From: Myxococcota bacterium
GTDB lineage: Bacteria; Myxococcota_A; Polyangia; Nannocystales; Nannocystaceae
Length of the DNA stretch: 64,000 nucleotides
Assembly (NCBI GenBank): GCA_039028615.1
Contig: JBCCHT010000017.1
Location: 128,001-192,000, forward strand
Direction of reading: 5' to 3'
The position numbers and the translations under genes are program-made. Positions 10,063 through 19,375 of the stretch are shown here, piece by piece. Numbering within the stretch: the first letter of the stretch is position 1; each line of letters starts with the position of its first letter. The notes under the pieces were generated by a model. That model ran no database searches. It was not told the DNA's origin and saw nothing but the letters and a program-made list of their open reading frames with translations.

Positions 10063-10378
10063 GGCCTTAGATTAGCTCGCTGTTTTTATGTAAGCCAACA
10101 AACTTTTCATAATGTTTAACCTGATTTGGTTACATGTTGACGGTCGATTAATACTCACGCGGTTTCGTTTTAGAACTAAAGTTGGATATCGGGGTGCACC
10201 TGCTGGTTACAGGGACGCAGGGTCTGCGCAGACCGGATGACCAGCCTTCGACTCGATGGTCGATCCACCCGCGAACCGACGACCCGGGAGGGGCTCCGAT
10301 GCGCCGTTTCGAGAGCGCCCCGTGGCCCGGGAGGTCGGTGTACCCGACGGTGCGACACAACATGTTCGCGCTTCGCCC

Positions 10379-10406
10379 GGAACCTCCGCGCCTCGCGGTA
10401 GTCTAG
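10379..10406 (+). promoter_or_regulatory. Candidate sigmaE-type (ECF) promoter upstream of the ECF sigma gene
   Basis: GGAACCT-N16-TCTAG resembles the RpoE consensus GGAACTT-N16-TC(A/T)AA. Confidence 0.6.
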
Positions 10407-10456
10407 ACCGGCAACCCCCCGTGACAGCCACGGCCAGCGACGAGCGACCCCTGACG

Positions 10457-11113
10457 ATGGAAGCAGCGGACGACCCTGCCGCTCCGCGTCAGGCCCCCAC
10501 CCCGGCCGAAGAGCGGCAGCACGCCGACCTTCGAGATCGGCGCTTGGTTCGGCGCCTGCGACAAGGGGACGAGCGCGCGTTCGAAGAGCTCGTGCGTCTT
10601 TATCAGCACCGGATCTTCGGGCTGATGCTGCGCATGATCGGCAACCGCCAAGAAGCCGAAGATCTCGCGCAAGAGGTCTTCATCACCGTGCATCGGGCCA
10701 TCGGGCAGTACCGCGGCGAAGGTCGCTTCTATACCTGGCTGTACCGCATCGCGAGCAACACCTGTAAGAACCGCATCAAGTACCTGCGCGGTCGCAACTT
10801 CCACCGCAGCGTGCCGGTCGAGGACACCCCCGAGGCCCACGACCCCGGCGACGGTGGTCCCGCCGTGCGCCTCCAAGGGCAAATCGCGGGGCCCGAGGCC
10901 ATGACCGAGGGCGCACGATTGCAGTCCGCCATTCAGCGCGAGCTCGGGCAACTCGACCCCGAGCACCGCCTGCTCATCATCCTCCGCGACATCCAGGGCC
11001 TGTCCTACCAAGAGATCCTCAACATCACCGGGCTTCAGGAGGGCACGCTCAAGTCGCGCCTGCACCGCGCCCGCGTCGCCCTCAAAGACCGCCTGAGCAA
11101 CTATCTGGAGTAA
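10457..11113 (+). CDS. ECF RNA polymerase sigma factor (RpoE-like)
   Basis: GDERAFEELV, EAEDLAQEVF, FYTWLYRIASN, region 4 GLSYQEI...GTLKSRLHRAR. Alternative start GTG 10421. Confidence 0.95.
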   Translation: MEAADDPAAPRQAPTPAEERQHADLRDRRLVRRLRQGDERAFEELVRLYQHRIFGLMLRMIGNRQEAEDLAQEVFITVHRAIGQYRGEGRFYTWLYRIASNTCKNRIKYLRGRNFHRSVPVEDTPEAHDPGDGGPAVRLQGQIAGPEAMTEGARLQSAIQRELGQLDPEHRLLIILRDIQGLSYQEILNITGLQEGTLKSRLHRARVALKDRLSNYLE

Positions 11114-11182
11114 GGGCCTCCCAAACCCACCAAAAAGGGTGCCAACCCAGCCCGTCCACACTACTCTCGAGGAGTACCCGCC

Positions 11183-11611
11183 ATGCCTTCCACTCAGGAC
11201 ACCAGCGCAGAGCTGATGACCGCCTACCTCGACGCCGAGCTCGGCGACGAGGATGCCGCGGCCTTCGAGGAAGCGCTGGAGCACGATCCCGAGACGAAGT
11301 CGGAGCTCGAGCAGCTGCGCCGGGTCATGTCGCTGGTCTCGACCCTCCCCGACGTCGAGGCCCCGCCCGACTTCTACGACAAGGTCAGCAAGCGCATCCG
11401 CAAGCGCCAGCGCTTCGCCCTCGACAACAACGCGTGGATCTTGATCTCGCTGCCCTTCCAGGTGCTCAGCATCATCGTGATCCTCACCGTCGCGGGGCTG
11501 TACATGATGGCGGAGCTCGAGAACAAACCGCAGAGCTTCGAGCGCGAGGCCATTCCGGGCACCATGCCCGATGGCAAGGCCGGGCCCGGCCCCGCACCGG
11601 TTCAGCCGTAG
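11183..11611 (+). CDS. Anti-sigma factor (ASD-like N-terminus, single TM helix)
   Basis: LMTAYLDAEL...FEEAL anti-sigma pattern without the Zn Cys ligands, one TM helix, RBS GAGGAG, directly downstream of the sigma gene. Confidence 0.85.
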   Translation: MPSTQDTSAELMTAYLDAELGDEDAAAFEEALEHDPETKSELEQLRRVMSLVSTLPDVEAPPDFYDKVSKRIRKRQRFALDNNAWILISLPFQVLSIIVILTVAGLYMMAELENKPQSFEREAIPGTMPDGKAGPGPAPVQP

Positions 11612-11626
11612 CCGTCAAGCGCGGGG

Positions 11627-12676
11627 CTACGACGCCCCGAGCCCGAACCGCTTCTTCACGCACTCGATCGCCTCGCTGCGATCCGCGGGGACCCACTTGC
11701 GCCTCGACCCCTCGATGGCCAGGCGTCCCCGCGAGCACATCGGGGAGAAGGCAAAGTCGATGTCGTCGAGGTCCCGCTCGGTTCGCAGCACCCGCAGCGA
11801 GACCGACTCGAGCACCATCCCGGTGTCATCGACCCGAAAGCGAGCGATGGCCACGGGCGAGCCCGCGTCGCAGCTGCATCCGAACGACTCCCGCCACCCG
11901 CAGATCGTCAGCGTGTCGGGCGGTAGGGGATGTCGAAGGCGCACGAAGTACCCGCGGTCCTCGTCGACCTCGCGCCAGCTCGTCGAGGTCTCGATGCGGG
12001 TGCCGACCTCCAAGGTGCCACCGTGCCACCTCGGGCCGAGCACGCTGGTGACGTAGTCGTGGTGGCTCAACATCGTCCTGAGGGTTCGCGTCCGCGTGAC
12101 ACCGCAGTGTTCGCATCGCATGGGACCCCACAGGTCGGTCCAGGGCGAGGGTGGCCCGAGCCCACCCCCCTCGAAGCCCTCGAAGACCTCCGCCAGGGCT
12201 TCACGCAGCCGCCCCGCCCGCTGCTCGGGTGTGAGGGCAGCCAGTTCCTCTGCCGACGCAAACATGCCCGCGAGATCGGCGAGGTCGACATGCGCCCCGA
12301 CGTCGTCTTCGAGCGCGTCGTACAGATCGATCGACTCGAGGGTCGCGCTCGGGCCCGCATCGTCGATGGCAAAGCGCAGCACGATCACCAGTGGCCGCCC
12401 GCAGGGGCACACACGCATGTCGTCGAGATCGACGAGTAACGCCAGCCGCCCCGGCGGCGACGGTTCCTGCACCCGCCACCAGTCGTAGTCCCACGACGGC
12501 TCGGCCAGGATCGTCGAGGGGGGAAAGCTCAGGGGCTGCTCGACCCCCACCGCGAAGCGACGACCATAGAGCCCCCCGAAGTCGGGATCGAAGACCTTGG
12601 TCTGCCCGAGCAAGAAAATGAAATCACCGCACGCGGGACATTGAACTTTACCCGCGTAGGTATCGTAGGCACCCAT
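11627..12676 (-). CDS. Hypothetical protein with two repeated Cys-containing (putative Zn-binding) domains
   Basis: CPACG...CPCG in the first half and CEHCG...CSCD in the second; the halves align. Confidence 0.7.
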   Translation of the reverse strand: MGAYDTYAGKVQCPACGDFIFLLGQTKVFDPDFGGLYGRRFAVGVEQPLSFPPSTILAEPSWDYDWWRVQEPSPPGRLALLVDLDDMRVCPCGRPLVIVLRFAIDDAGPSATLESIDLYDALEDDVGAHVDLADLAGMFASAEELAALTPEQRAGRLREALAEVFEGFEGGGLGPPSPWTDLWGPMRCEHCGVTRTRTLRTMLSHHDYVTSVLGPRWHGGTLEVGTRIETSTSWREVDEDRGYFVRLRHPLPPDTLTICGWRESFGCSCDAGSPVAIARFRVDDTGMVLESVSLRVLRTERDLDDIDFAFSPMCSRGRLAIEGSRRKWVPADRSEAIECVKKRFGLGAS

Positions 12677-12912
12677 CGCTTCGACCGATGCTCGACTGTA
12701 GCAGGTCCAGGTGAGACTCGAACCCGTCCGCCACGGGTCCCGTCGCCCGCATCGAGGTCCGAGGTCGAAGGCATGGAAAGATCCGCAGTTCGACTCGCTC
12801 GTCAGCGTGGTCGCGGCGATCGAAACCCGGCTTCCATGGCCCCGACGGCTGCGCGGGCGAAACGGCAGGCTAGACTGTGTAAGCCGCGGCGAGCTGCCGC
12901 GTCCGAACCCCC

Positions 12913-13962
12913 ATGAGTCTGGTCCCCGCGCTCCTCGGTACCCTGGCCTCGGTCGGGGCGCCCGTGGTCGAGGTGGGCGATCACGACCCCCCGCAGCCGA
13001 TCGAGCTGCGCTGGGACGCGCCCTCGAGCTGCCCCTCGTCCGATGCGGTCCGCGACGAGATCGCGACCCTGCTGGCCCGCAGTCGCAACCAAGGTGAGGC
13101 CGTGCGCGCGGAGGCCACGGTCGTCCCCGACGGCGAGGCGTTTCGGCTCCGGCTCAGCGTCGTGACCCGCTCGGGGCGGGACGAGCGGAGCATTCGCGAT
13201 CCGAGCTGCGAGCCGCTCGCTCATGCCACGGCGCTGGTGGTGGCGACGCTGATGGATCCCATCGCGGTCTCGAACCACATCGAGGCGCTCACGCCCGCCG
13301 ACACTCTCCCTCGCGAGCCTCCCCCGTCCTCGCTCCCGGAGCCTCCCTCGACACCGCCGTCGAGCACCGAGACCCCGCCGCCGCGGGTGACCGCCAGTGA
13401 CCGACGCGACGACGCACCCGCGCCGAGCCCCTCTCCTCGGACCGGCGTCCGCCCCTCGCTGCGACTCGAGGGCTTCGTCGGCGCGGCGATCGTGCCCCCG
13501 GTCGACGGAGGGCTCGCCTTCGCGGTGGGCATGACCCGGCCGCAGCTCCGTCTCGAGCTCGGCGCGGCCTATGCCGTGCCACAGTCTCGTGCGCACCCGG
13601 TGCTGGCCGATGTGGGCCTGCAACTCCAAGCCTTCTCGGGGCAAGCGCGCGGCTGCTGGGTGCCGGCGACGGGGGCGTGGGAGTTCCCGCTGTGCCTGGC
13701 GGGTGAAGTGGGAGCGATGGTCGCCCGCGGGCAGGGCTCGGCGGTGCAAAACCCGACCAACGAGCTCAGCCTGCAGCTAGCCGCGTTGGCCGAGGCCCAT
13801 GTCGCCTGGCGGGCCACCGAGCGTTTTGCGCTGTGGCTGGGTGCGCAGGGGGTGCTGAACCTGGCCCGGCCGAGCTTCACCGTGGGCACGCTGGCGCCGT
13901 TCTTCACCGCGCCGGTCGGCGGAGGTCGCGCGAAATTGGGAATCGAGCTGCGTTTTCCGTGA
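12913..13962 (+). CDS. Secreted myxobacterial protein, Pro-rich linker plus putative outer-membrane beta-barrel
   Basis: Signal-like N-terminus, WDAPSSCPS domain, alternating beta-strand pattern, C-terminal LGIELRFP. Confidence 0.7.
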   Translation: MSLVPALLGTLASVGAPVVEVGDHDPPQPIELRWDAPSSCPSSDAVRDEIATLLARSRNQGEAVRAEATVVPDGEAFRLRLSVVTRSGRDERSIRDPSCEPLAHATALVVATLMDPIAVSNHIEALTPADTLPREPPPSSLPEPPSTPPSSTETPPPRVTASDRRDDAPAPSPSPRTGVRPSLRLEGFVGAAIVPPVDGGLAFAVGMTRPQLRLELGAAYAVPQSRAHPVLADVGLQLQAFSGQARGCWVPATGAWEFPLCLAGEVGAMVARGQGSAVQNPTNELSLQLAALAEAHVAWRATERFALWLGAQGVLNLARPSFTVGTLAPFFTAPVGGGRAKLGIELRFP

Positions 13963-13967
13963 GCGCA

Positions 13968-13994
13968 TCACGAAACTCGGGCGAGGTGGACACT
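13968..13994 (+). promoter_or_regulatory. Candidate ECF promoter motif, copy 1
   Basis: TCACGAAA-ctcgggcga-GGTGGACACT, 15 nt before GTG 14010; repeated at 15274. Confidence 0.55.
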
Positions 13995-14009
13995 TCACCC
14001 AAAGCCCCC

Positions 14010-15302
14010 GTGCAACGCTCCAGCTTCTATCAGGAGAACTTTTGGTTCGTGTGGTCGTGCCTGCGACGGCTCGGCGTCGCCACGGCCGACCTCGAAGACG
14101 CGACCCACGACGCGTTCCTGGTCGCGCATCGCCGCCGGGCCGAGCTCGCGAGCGCATCGAGCCCGCGGGGCTGGCTGTTCGGGGTCGTACGTCGCGTGGC
14201 CTCCAATCATCGACGGGGGGTCGGGCGCCACGATCGACGCCTGGCCGCCGTGCGCGACGTGGGCCCCCGCGCCACCCGACCCGAGCGCGACCTCGAGCGC
14301 ACCGACGCCGCCCGGGTCGTCCGCCGCTTCCTCGATGGGCTCGACGAGCCTCGCCGCAACGTCTTCGTGCTGAGCGAGCTGCAGCAGATGACGGCCAAGG
14401 AAGTCGCGCAGCTGCTCGACATCAATCCCAATACCGCGTCCGCGCGGCTGCGATCGGCTCGCAAGGCCTTCGATCGATTCGCCGAGGACGTGCGGACGGA
14501 AAACGGCTGGGACGGACGCGCTGCGGTGGCCGAGCTGCAGCAGACGCCACGGCCCTCGCGAGAGGCCCGCAAGAGGGTTGGGAGCGCGCTGGCGGTGAGC
14601 CTGGCGTCGGCTCCCGGCCGGGTCGCGGCGCCGGGTCTCGCAGGGTTCGCCAAGGCAGCGGGGCTGGCGTTGGCGCTCGGAGGCGGGGCCGTGGGCATGA
14701 TCGCGGGCGTCGCTCGGCTCACCCACGAGCCCTCGTCGACCGCGACGGTGCAGCAGCCGACCGCCGACGCCTCGACCCACCCACCATCGACCACGCCGCC
14801 CGAGGCCCCCGAATCCGAGGCTCCACCGCCCCCGTCCGACACGATCGGGGGGCTCGCCCACGAGGACACCTGGGCCGAGCCCGCCAGCGACATCTCTGCG
14901 CCCGACCAGGTCCCGGCTCGACGAGCCGCTGCCGCCCCCTCGACGACGAAGCCCACGCCCGCGCCCAGCTCGAATGCACCGAAGACCGCCTCACCGAGCA
15001 CCGCGGCGAGCCTTCAAGCGCAGACCCTGCGGTTCGGCCAGGCCCGCGCCGCCCAATCGCGAGGCAACGCCGCCGCTGCGCTGCGCCTCGCCGCCGACTA
15101 TCGCGAGCGCTTCCCGGCCGGGGTGTTCCTCACCGAGCTCGAGATCATCGAGATCCGCGCCCACTGCACCCTCGGCGACACACCCCGCGCCCGCGCTCAG
15201 CGGGAACGCTTCATGAAGGCACACCCCGGCTCGCCCCACCTGGCGGTCATCGACGAAACTTGTGCCGGCTCGGTCACGAAAACGGGCTCGGGTGGAGACT
15301 GA
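14010..15302 (+). CDS. ECF sigma factor fused to a TM helix, Pro-rich linker and TPR-like extracytoplasmic domain
   Basis: FVWSCLRRLGV, DLEDATHDAFLV, RGWLFGVVRRVA, LSELQQMTAKEVAQLLDINPNTASARLRSAR; TM AAGLALALGGGAVGMIAGV; helical YRERFPAG...HPGSPH end. Start GTG 14010 or 13959. Confidence 0.85.
   Translation: MQRSSFYQENFWFVWSCLRRLGVATADLEDATHDAFLVAHRRRAELASASSPRGWLFGVVRRVASNHRRGVGRHDRRLAAVRDVGPRATRPERDLERTDAARVVRRFLDGLDEPRRNVFVLSELQQMTAKEVAQLLDINPNTASARLRSARKAFDRFAEDVRTENGWDGRAAVAELQQTPRPSREARKRVGSALAVSLASAPGRVAAPGLAGFAKAAGLALALGGGAVGMIAGVARLTHEPSSTATVQQPTADASTHPPSTTPPEAPESEAPPPPSDTIGGLAHEDTWAEPASDISAPDQVPARRAAAAPSTTKPTPAPSSNAPKTASPSTAASLQAQTLRFGQARAAQSRGNAAAALRLAADYRERFPAGVFLTELEIIEIRAHCTLGDTPRARAQRERFMKAHPGSPHLAVIDETCAGSVTKTGSGGD
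15274..15300 (+). promoter_or_regulatory. Candidate ECF promoter motif, copy 2
   Basis: TCACGAAA-acgggctcg-GGTGGAGACT, 11 nt before ATG 15312. Confidence 0.55.
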
Positions 15303-15311
15303 ATTTCATCG

Positions 15312-16541
15312 ATGACACGCATGATGATTCGGCCCTCCATCGCCTCCGCCCTCGTCGCCAGTATGTGGCTGACCGGGTGCGTGCTCGAGATCAAGTCCAG
15401 CGGTGAGCTCGACGACGACGGTGATACGGGCGCAGTGGACGACACCGAGTTCGAGGCGAGCACCGAGAGCACGGATGGCTCTCCGGGAGGATGCATCGGC
15501 GACTGCCCCTCGCCGGCCGAGCCCACGTGGACTCGCGTCGTAGACACCGAGACCGGCTCGGTGTTCTCCTGCGACGTCGAGATCGACCCCATCGGCCGCG
15601 TCGCGCTGGCCTGGCGCACGGGGGGCACCGACGCGTACCCCAACGGACGCACCGGGATCGACCTCATCGCCCCCGATGGCTCGCTCCTCGAGAGCACGGT
15701 GGTTGAGGGTCAGGTGTTCTCCAAGATCGCCTTCGCCAGCGACGGCACCCTGCGGGCCCGTGGCGCCTCCATCGTGGGCAGCGGCACCGATGGCCAGTGG
15801 GCCATGGCGCTGGACGACGCGCTCGATCCCACCTGGCAGATCGACTACGCCGAAGCCGGCGGTTTCGGGCAGTGCGACTTCGGGACGAGCGCGGCCCTGA
15901 TCGACGCGACCGATCACCTGGTGACCTACAACTACGCGTGCGCCGGAGTCGTCTGCCCGCAGTCCATCGTGCGCCGCCATGCCCCCGACGGGTCCGTGCT
16001 CTGGGAAACCAACGTGGGTGGCAACCCCGGGCTCCTCGACACCCCCGTCGCCGTCGGGTCGGATCAGAGCGTCTTCCATGCGGGCACGTACCTGTACGAC
16101 GACACGAGCGCCACCATCGAGCTGCGCAAGTTCTCCGCCGACGGGCAAGAGCAGTGGACCCTCTACACGGACCATGAGCTGGCCGGGCTTTGGGGTGACG
16201 CCGAGGGCGGGGTCTACATGGTGGCGTCGGACTTCAACGGCTTCGCCCAGCTGCAGCACGTCGATGCCGACGGCATCCTGCTGTCGACATCCGATCCCTT
16301 GCCGCCCGGCCTCCGCGTGTTCGCCCCCGCGGCCGATGACTCCGGCTTCTTCGTCGCCCACGAAGGCCAGCTGCAGCGCACCAATCTCGATCTGGCTCCG
16401 ATCTGGTCGGCGCCCATCGAGCCCGGCCAAGGCAGTCTCGACGCGTTCGCGGTCTCCGACGGCGAGGACACCTTCGCCCTCGCCGGCTCGAAGACGGGCG
16501 AAGGCAACAACTACTGGCTGACGATGATGGCCACGCCCTAG
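15312..16541 (+). CDS. Lipoprotein with beta-propeller-like repeats
   Basis: Lipobox LTGC, acidic stalk, repeats of the form (A/S)(P/A)DG..(L/Q)W. Confidence 0.75.
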   Translation: MTRMMIRPSIASALVASMWLTGCVLEIKSSGELDDDGDTGAVDDTEFEASTESTDGSPGGCIGDCPSPAEPTWTRVVDTETGSVFSCDVEIDPIGRVALAWRTGGTDAYPNGRTGIDLIAPDGSLLESTVVEGQVFSKIAFASDGTLRARGASIVGSGTDGQWAMALDDALDPTWQIDYAEAGGFGQCDFGTSAALIDATDHLVTYNYACAGVVCPQSIVRRHAPDGSVLWETNVGGNPGLLDTPVAVGSDQSVFHAGTYLYDDTSATIELRKFSADGQEQWTLYTDHELAGLWGDAEGGVYMVASDFNGFAQLQHVDADGILLSTSDPLPPGLRVFAPAADDSGFFVAHEGQLQRTNLDLAPIWSAPIEPGQGSLDAFAVSDGEDTFALAGSKTGEGNNYWLTMMATP

Positions 16542-16841
16542 ACGCTATTTGAAACCCCTCGCGTGTCGCGGGTCGTTGCCGGCCTCCAGATTCGGCTCTC
16601 CCCGCGCATCATCACGGAGATCATCGAGCCAAAGGCGACCAAGCGTTTCCTGGCCGCGATGGATCTTCCAACCGAGATGCACGAGGTGAGCGTCGCGCGT
16701 CCGCCACGAGCGTAGTTCGGAACGGACCCGCGCCTCGAGGGGCAAAGCTGAGCGTGAGTCTGACGCCCTGGGTCAATCGGGGCACCTCGAATTTCCGCGC
16801 ATTGTTGAACGGAATCAGGCTCGGTGGGGACTCCTGATGCG

Positions 16842-17525
16842 ATGTCCCTCGCGACTTCACCGACCGACCGCACCGCCGCTCCCCTGGACTCTGGCACGCC
16901 AGAGCAAAATCTGGCGGGTCTGTTCGGGTATGGCGCGGAAATCGCGTGCTGCGCCGCCGCGATCGTATCGCTATGGGTTTTGTTTCCGAATGCTCGCCAC
17001 TGGATTGCCCTCCCCGTCGGGCACCTGGTCATGAGCTGCGGGCGAGCGTTCATGAACGGATCTCAAAATCAGATCCGGTGGCCCACGATCATCAACGAGT
17101 TCGGGTCGATCTTCGGTATGGCCGCGATCGCCTTTTGCGTCGGCCTCGATCTCGGTCTGCTTCCGCAGCGCCCGAGCACCCCCCTCGTTGCGGCCGCCCT
17201 CGTGTCTGTGGGGTTCGGTGCAGCGCTCACCCGGCCGGGGCTCGACTACACCAGCTTTCGTCGGCGCAGGATCATGCTGATGATCCCGGTCGCGAGCGTG
17301 ATGTGGATCCACGCCCTCGTCACGTCTCTGTCCGGAGGACCGGGGAGTTCACTCGTCGTCGCGATCGTGGCGATTCAGGTGGCGGTACTGTCGTGGTCAT
17401 TCTCGCACCGCCTTGCCAGCCGCGGGACGAGAACGGGCCCCAGCGCGTACATCCCGATCTGGCGCTACGGGGTGCTCTTTGTGGTCCTGTCCCAATGCAT
17501 CTCGGCCGCATCGCGGCTGGGTTGA
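16842..17525 (+). CDS. Hypothetical integral membrane protein
   Basis: About 7 hydrophobic segments; codon usage less typical than neighbours. Confidence 0.55.
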   Translation: MSLATSPTDRTAAPLDSGTPEQNLAGLFGYGAEIACCAAAIVSLWVLFPNARHWIALPVGHLVMSCGRAFMNGSQNQIRWPTIINEFGSIFGMAAIAFCVGLDLGLLPQRPSTPLVAAALVSVGFGAALTRPGLDYTSFRRRRIMLMIPVASVMWIHALVTSLSGGPGSSLVVAIVAIQVAVLSWSFSHRLASRGTRTGPSAYIPIWRYGVLFVVLSQCISAASRLG

Positions 17526-17697
17526 TTGCGAGTCACCGAGCACCGGTTCTCGACTTCGCGAACACGACCATCCGCGGGAGCTTGGCGCGTAGATCGTCCT
17601 CCCGGCCACGATATGCGATTGTTCGATGAGAGCGAACACAGAGGTCGACATCGCTTGCTAACGCTCATCGCTTCGTGGGCGTAGGTTGGCCATCGTC

Positions 17698-18636
17698 ATG
17701 ACTAGCTCGGTCGTCCCGCTGTGTTTGGGTGTCCTGCTCACCGCCTGTGCCTCGCGCCCGAGTGAGCCGTCGGCGGCCGCCCCCGCGGAGCCTGCCGTCG
17801 AGTGCCACGAGGTGGACACCAGCATCGCCCCCGAGATCCTCACCTACGAGGAGGGGGGCGTCACCATCCACAGCTTCATCGCGCCCGACCACAGCGTGCG
17901 CACGGCCACCCACATCATCGAGACCGACGATGGCCTCGTGGTCATCGACACCCAGCTCTTCCGCGGCTATGCCCAGCAGTTCCGGGCCTTCGCCGACCGC
18001 CTGGGCAAGCCCATCACCCATGTCATCGTCTCGCACGGTCACCCCGATCACTACTTCGGGCTCGAATACTTCGAGGACCGACCCACCTACGCGCTGGCCG
18101 AGACCCGCCTGGACATGAAGCAGCGGCACCGCTTCCACCTGCGGATGCATCGCGAGACCGAGGGCGAGTGCGACGCGGTGACCGACGCGGTGCGCTTCGT
18201 CGACCACGATCTGACGCCCGGACCGCAGACGATCGGTGGCGTGGACCTCGTGTTCGAGCAAGTCGTCGACGCCGAAGACAACGACCAGCTCGTGGTGCGG
18301 ATCCCCGCCGCCAAGACCTTGATCCTGCAAGACCTCATGGCCACCGACGTCCACGGGTTCACAGCTGCCGGGATGATCGACCGCTGGATCGAACGCCTAC
18401 GCCCCTACGCCGACGCCACCGAGTACACCCACGTGCTCGCCGGGCATGGCCACCCCGTGGGCAACGAAGGCATCCGCGACATGATCGCCTACCTCGAAGC
18501 CTCCCAGCAGATCTTCGACGAAGTGAGCACCCGCGAACAATTCCTCGCCGCCATGCGCGAGACCTTCCCCGACCGAGGCGGCCAGTACCTCGTGGACCTC
18601 ATGGCCACCATGAAGTTCGAAGAGCCCGAGTCCTGA
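17698..18636 (+). CDS. MBL-fold metallo-hydrolase lipoprotein
   Basis: Lipobox LTAC, VVIDT, SHGHPDHYFG metal motif, LAGHG. Confidence 0.9.
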   Translation: MTSSVVPLCLGVLLTACASRPSEPSAAAPAEPAVECHEVDTSIAPEILTYEEGGVTIHSFIAPDHSVRTATHIIETDDGLVVIDTQLFRGYAQQFRAFADRLGKPITHVIVSHGHPDHYFGLEYFEDRPTYALAETRLDMKQRHRFHLRMHRETEGECDAVTDAVRFVDHDLTPGPQTIGGVDLVFEQVVDAEDNDQLVVRIPAAKTLILQDLMATDVHGFTAAGMIDRWIERLRPYADATEYTHVLAGHGHPVGNEGIRDMIAYLEASQQIFDEVSTREQFLAAMRETFPDRGGQYLVDLMATMKFEEPES

Positions 18637-18771
18637 CGGGCAGCGGAATCATCTCGCGAGCACCTGGCCTCGAACGCACTGAGTCACTTGGTTCCATGGC
18701 GGATCAACGCACACGACGTAGTGCCTCGACTTTCGTGGCCGACGACCGACACGTAGCGTAGACTGGAGTTC

Positions 18772-19014
18772 GTGACCGCCGTCGCCGAGAAGATCCTCAG
18801 GGGAGCGCTCGCGCTTCCGGGCAACGAGCGGCGCCGCATCGCCGAGCTGTTGTTCGACAGCATCTCCGAAGACTCCGTCGACGAACTCGAGTCGGCGTGG
18901 GTCGCCGAGGCCGTACGTCGCGCCGACGAGCTGGAACGTGGCGAAGCAGAAGCCCTCGACGGCGAATCCGTGCTGAACGATCTCAAGGCCCGGTTTCAAA
19001 GCACCGACCGGTGA
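18772..19014 (+). CDS. Putative addiction-module antitoxin (TIGR02574-like)
   Basis: ALALPGNERRRIAELLFDSI...AWVAEAVRR; RBS GGAG; overlaps the toxin start (GTGA). Confidence 0.85.
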   Translation: MTAVAEKILRGALALPGNERRRIAELLFDSISEDSVDELESAWVAEAVRRADELERGEAEALDGESVLNDLKARFQSTDR

Positions 19015-19328
19015 AGCGCTACGCGATTCGCAAGGAGGCGGCGCTCGAGCTCGCCGAGGCGGCCGCGTGGTACGAGCACGAAGCCGCAGAGGGCCTCGGC
19101 GCGGCACTGCTCGCCGAGTTCGAAGCCAGACTCGAAACGGCCCTGAAGCTTCCGGGCGCGGGGACCATCGTCGCGACCACGACGGCCGGAACCCCCGTGC
19201 GTCGCTATCGGCTCCAACGTTTCAAACGCTACGCGATCTTGATGGCGGAGATCCGCGGTATGCCGACCGTGCTCGCGTTCGCCTGCTCCAGTCGCAGACC
19301 TGGCTACTGGCACGAGCGACTCGGCTGA
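19011..19328 (+). CDS. RelE/ParE family type II toxin
   Basis: EAALELAEAAAWYE...GLG...RRPGYW pattern; coupled to the antitoxin. Confidence 0.85.
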   Translation: MKRYAIRKEAALELAEAAAWYEHEAAEGLGAALLAEFEARLETALKLPGAGTIVATTTAGTPVRRYRLQRFKRYAILMAEIRGMPTVLAFACSSRRPGYWHERLG

Positions 19329-19375
19329 GGCAGCGTGCTGGCAGGCCAACGGGCCATCCGCTACACCGTAGGGAC

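Noticed and set aside
10069..10130. dif/Xer site (TTATGTAAG and ...CATAATGTTTA resemble the arms)
   Set aside because: The XerC-like and XerD-like arms are not in the required order with a 6-bp spacer.
16545..16830. Short minus-strand ORFs between the lipoprotein and membrane protein genes
   Set aside because: No recognisable motif, RBS or codon bias; possibly a decayed remnant but not supportable.
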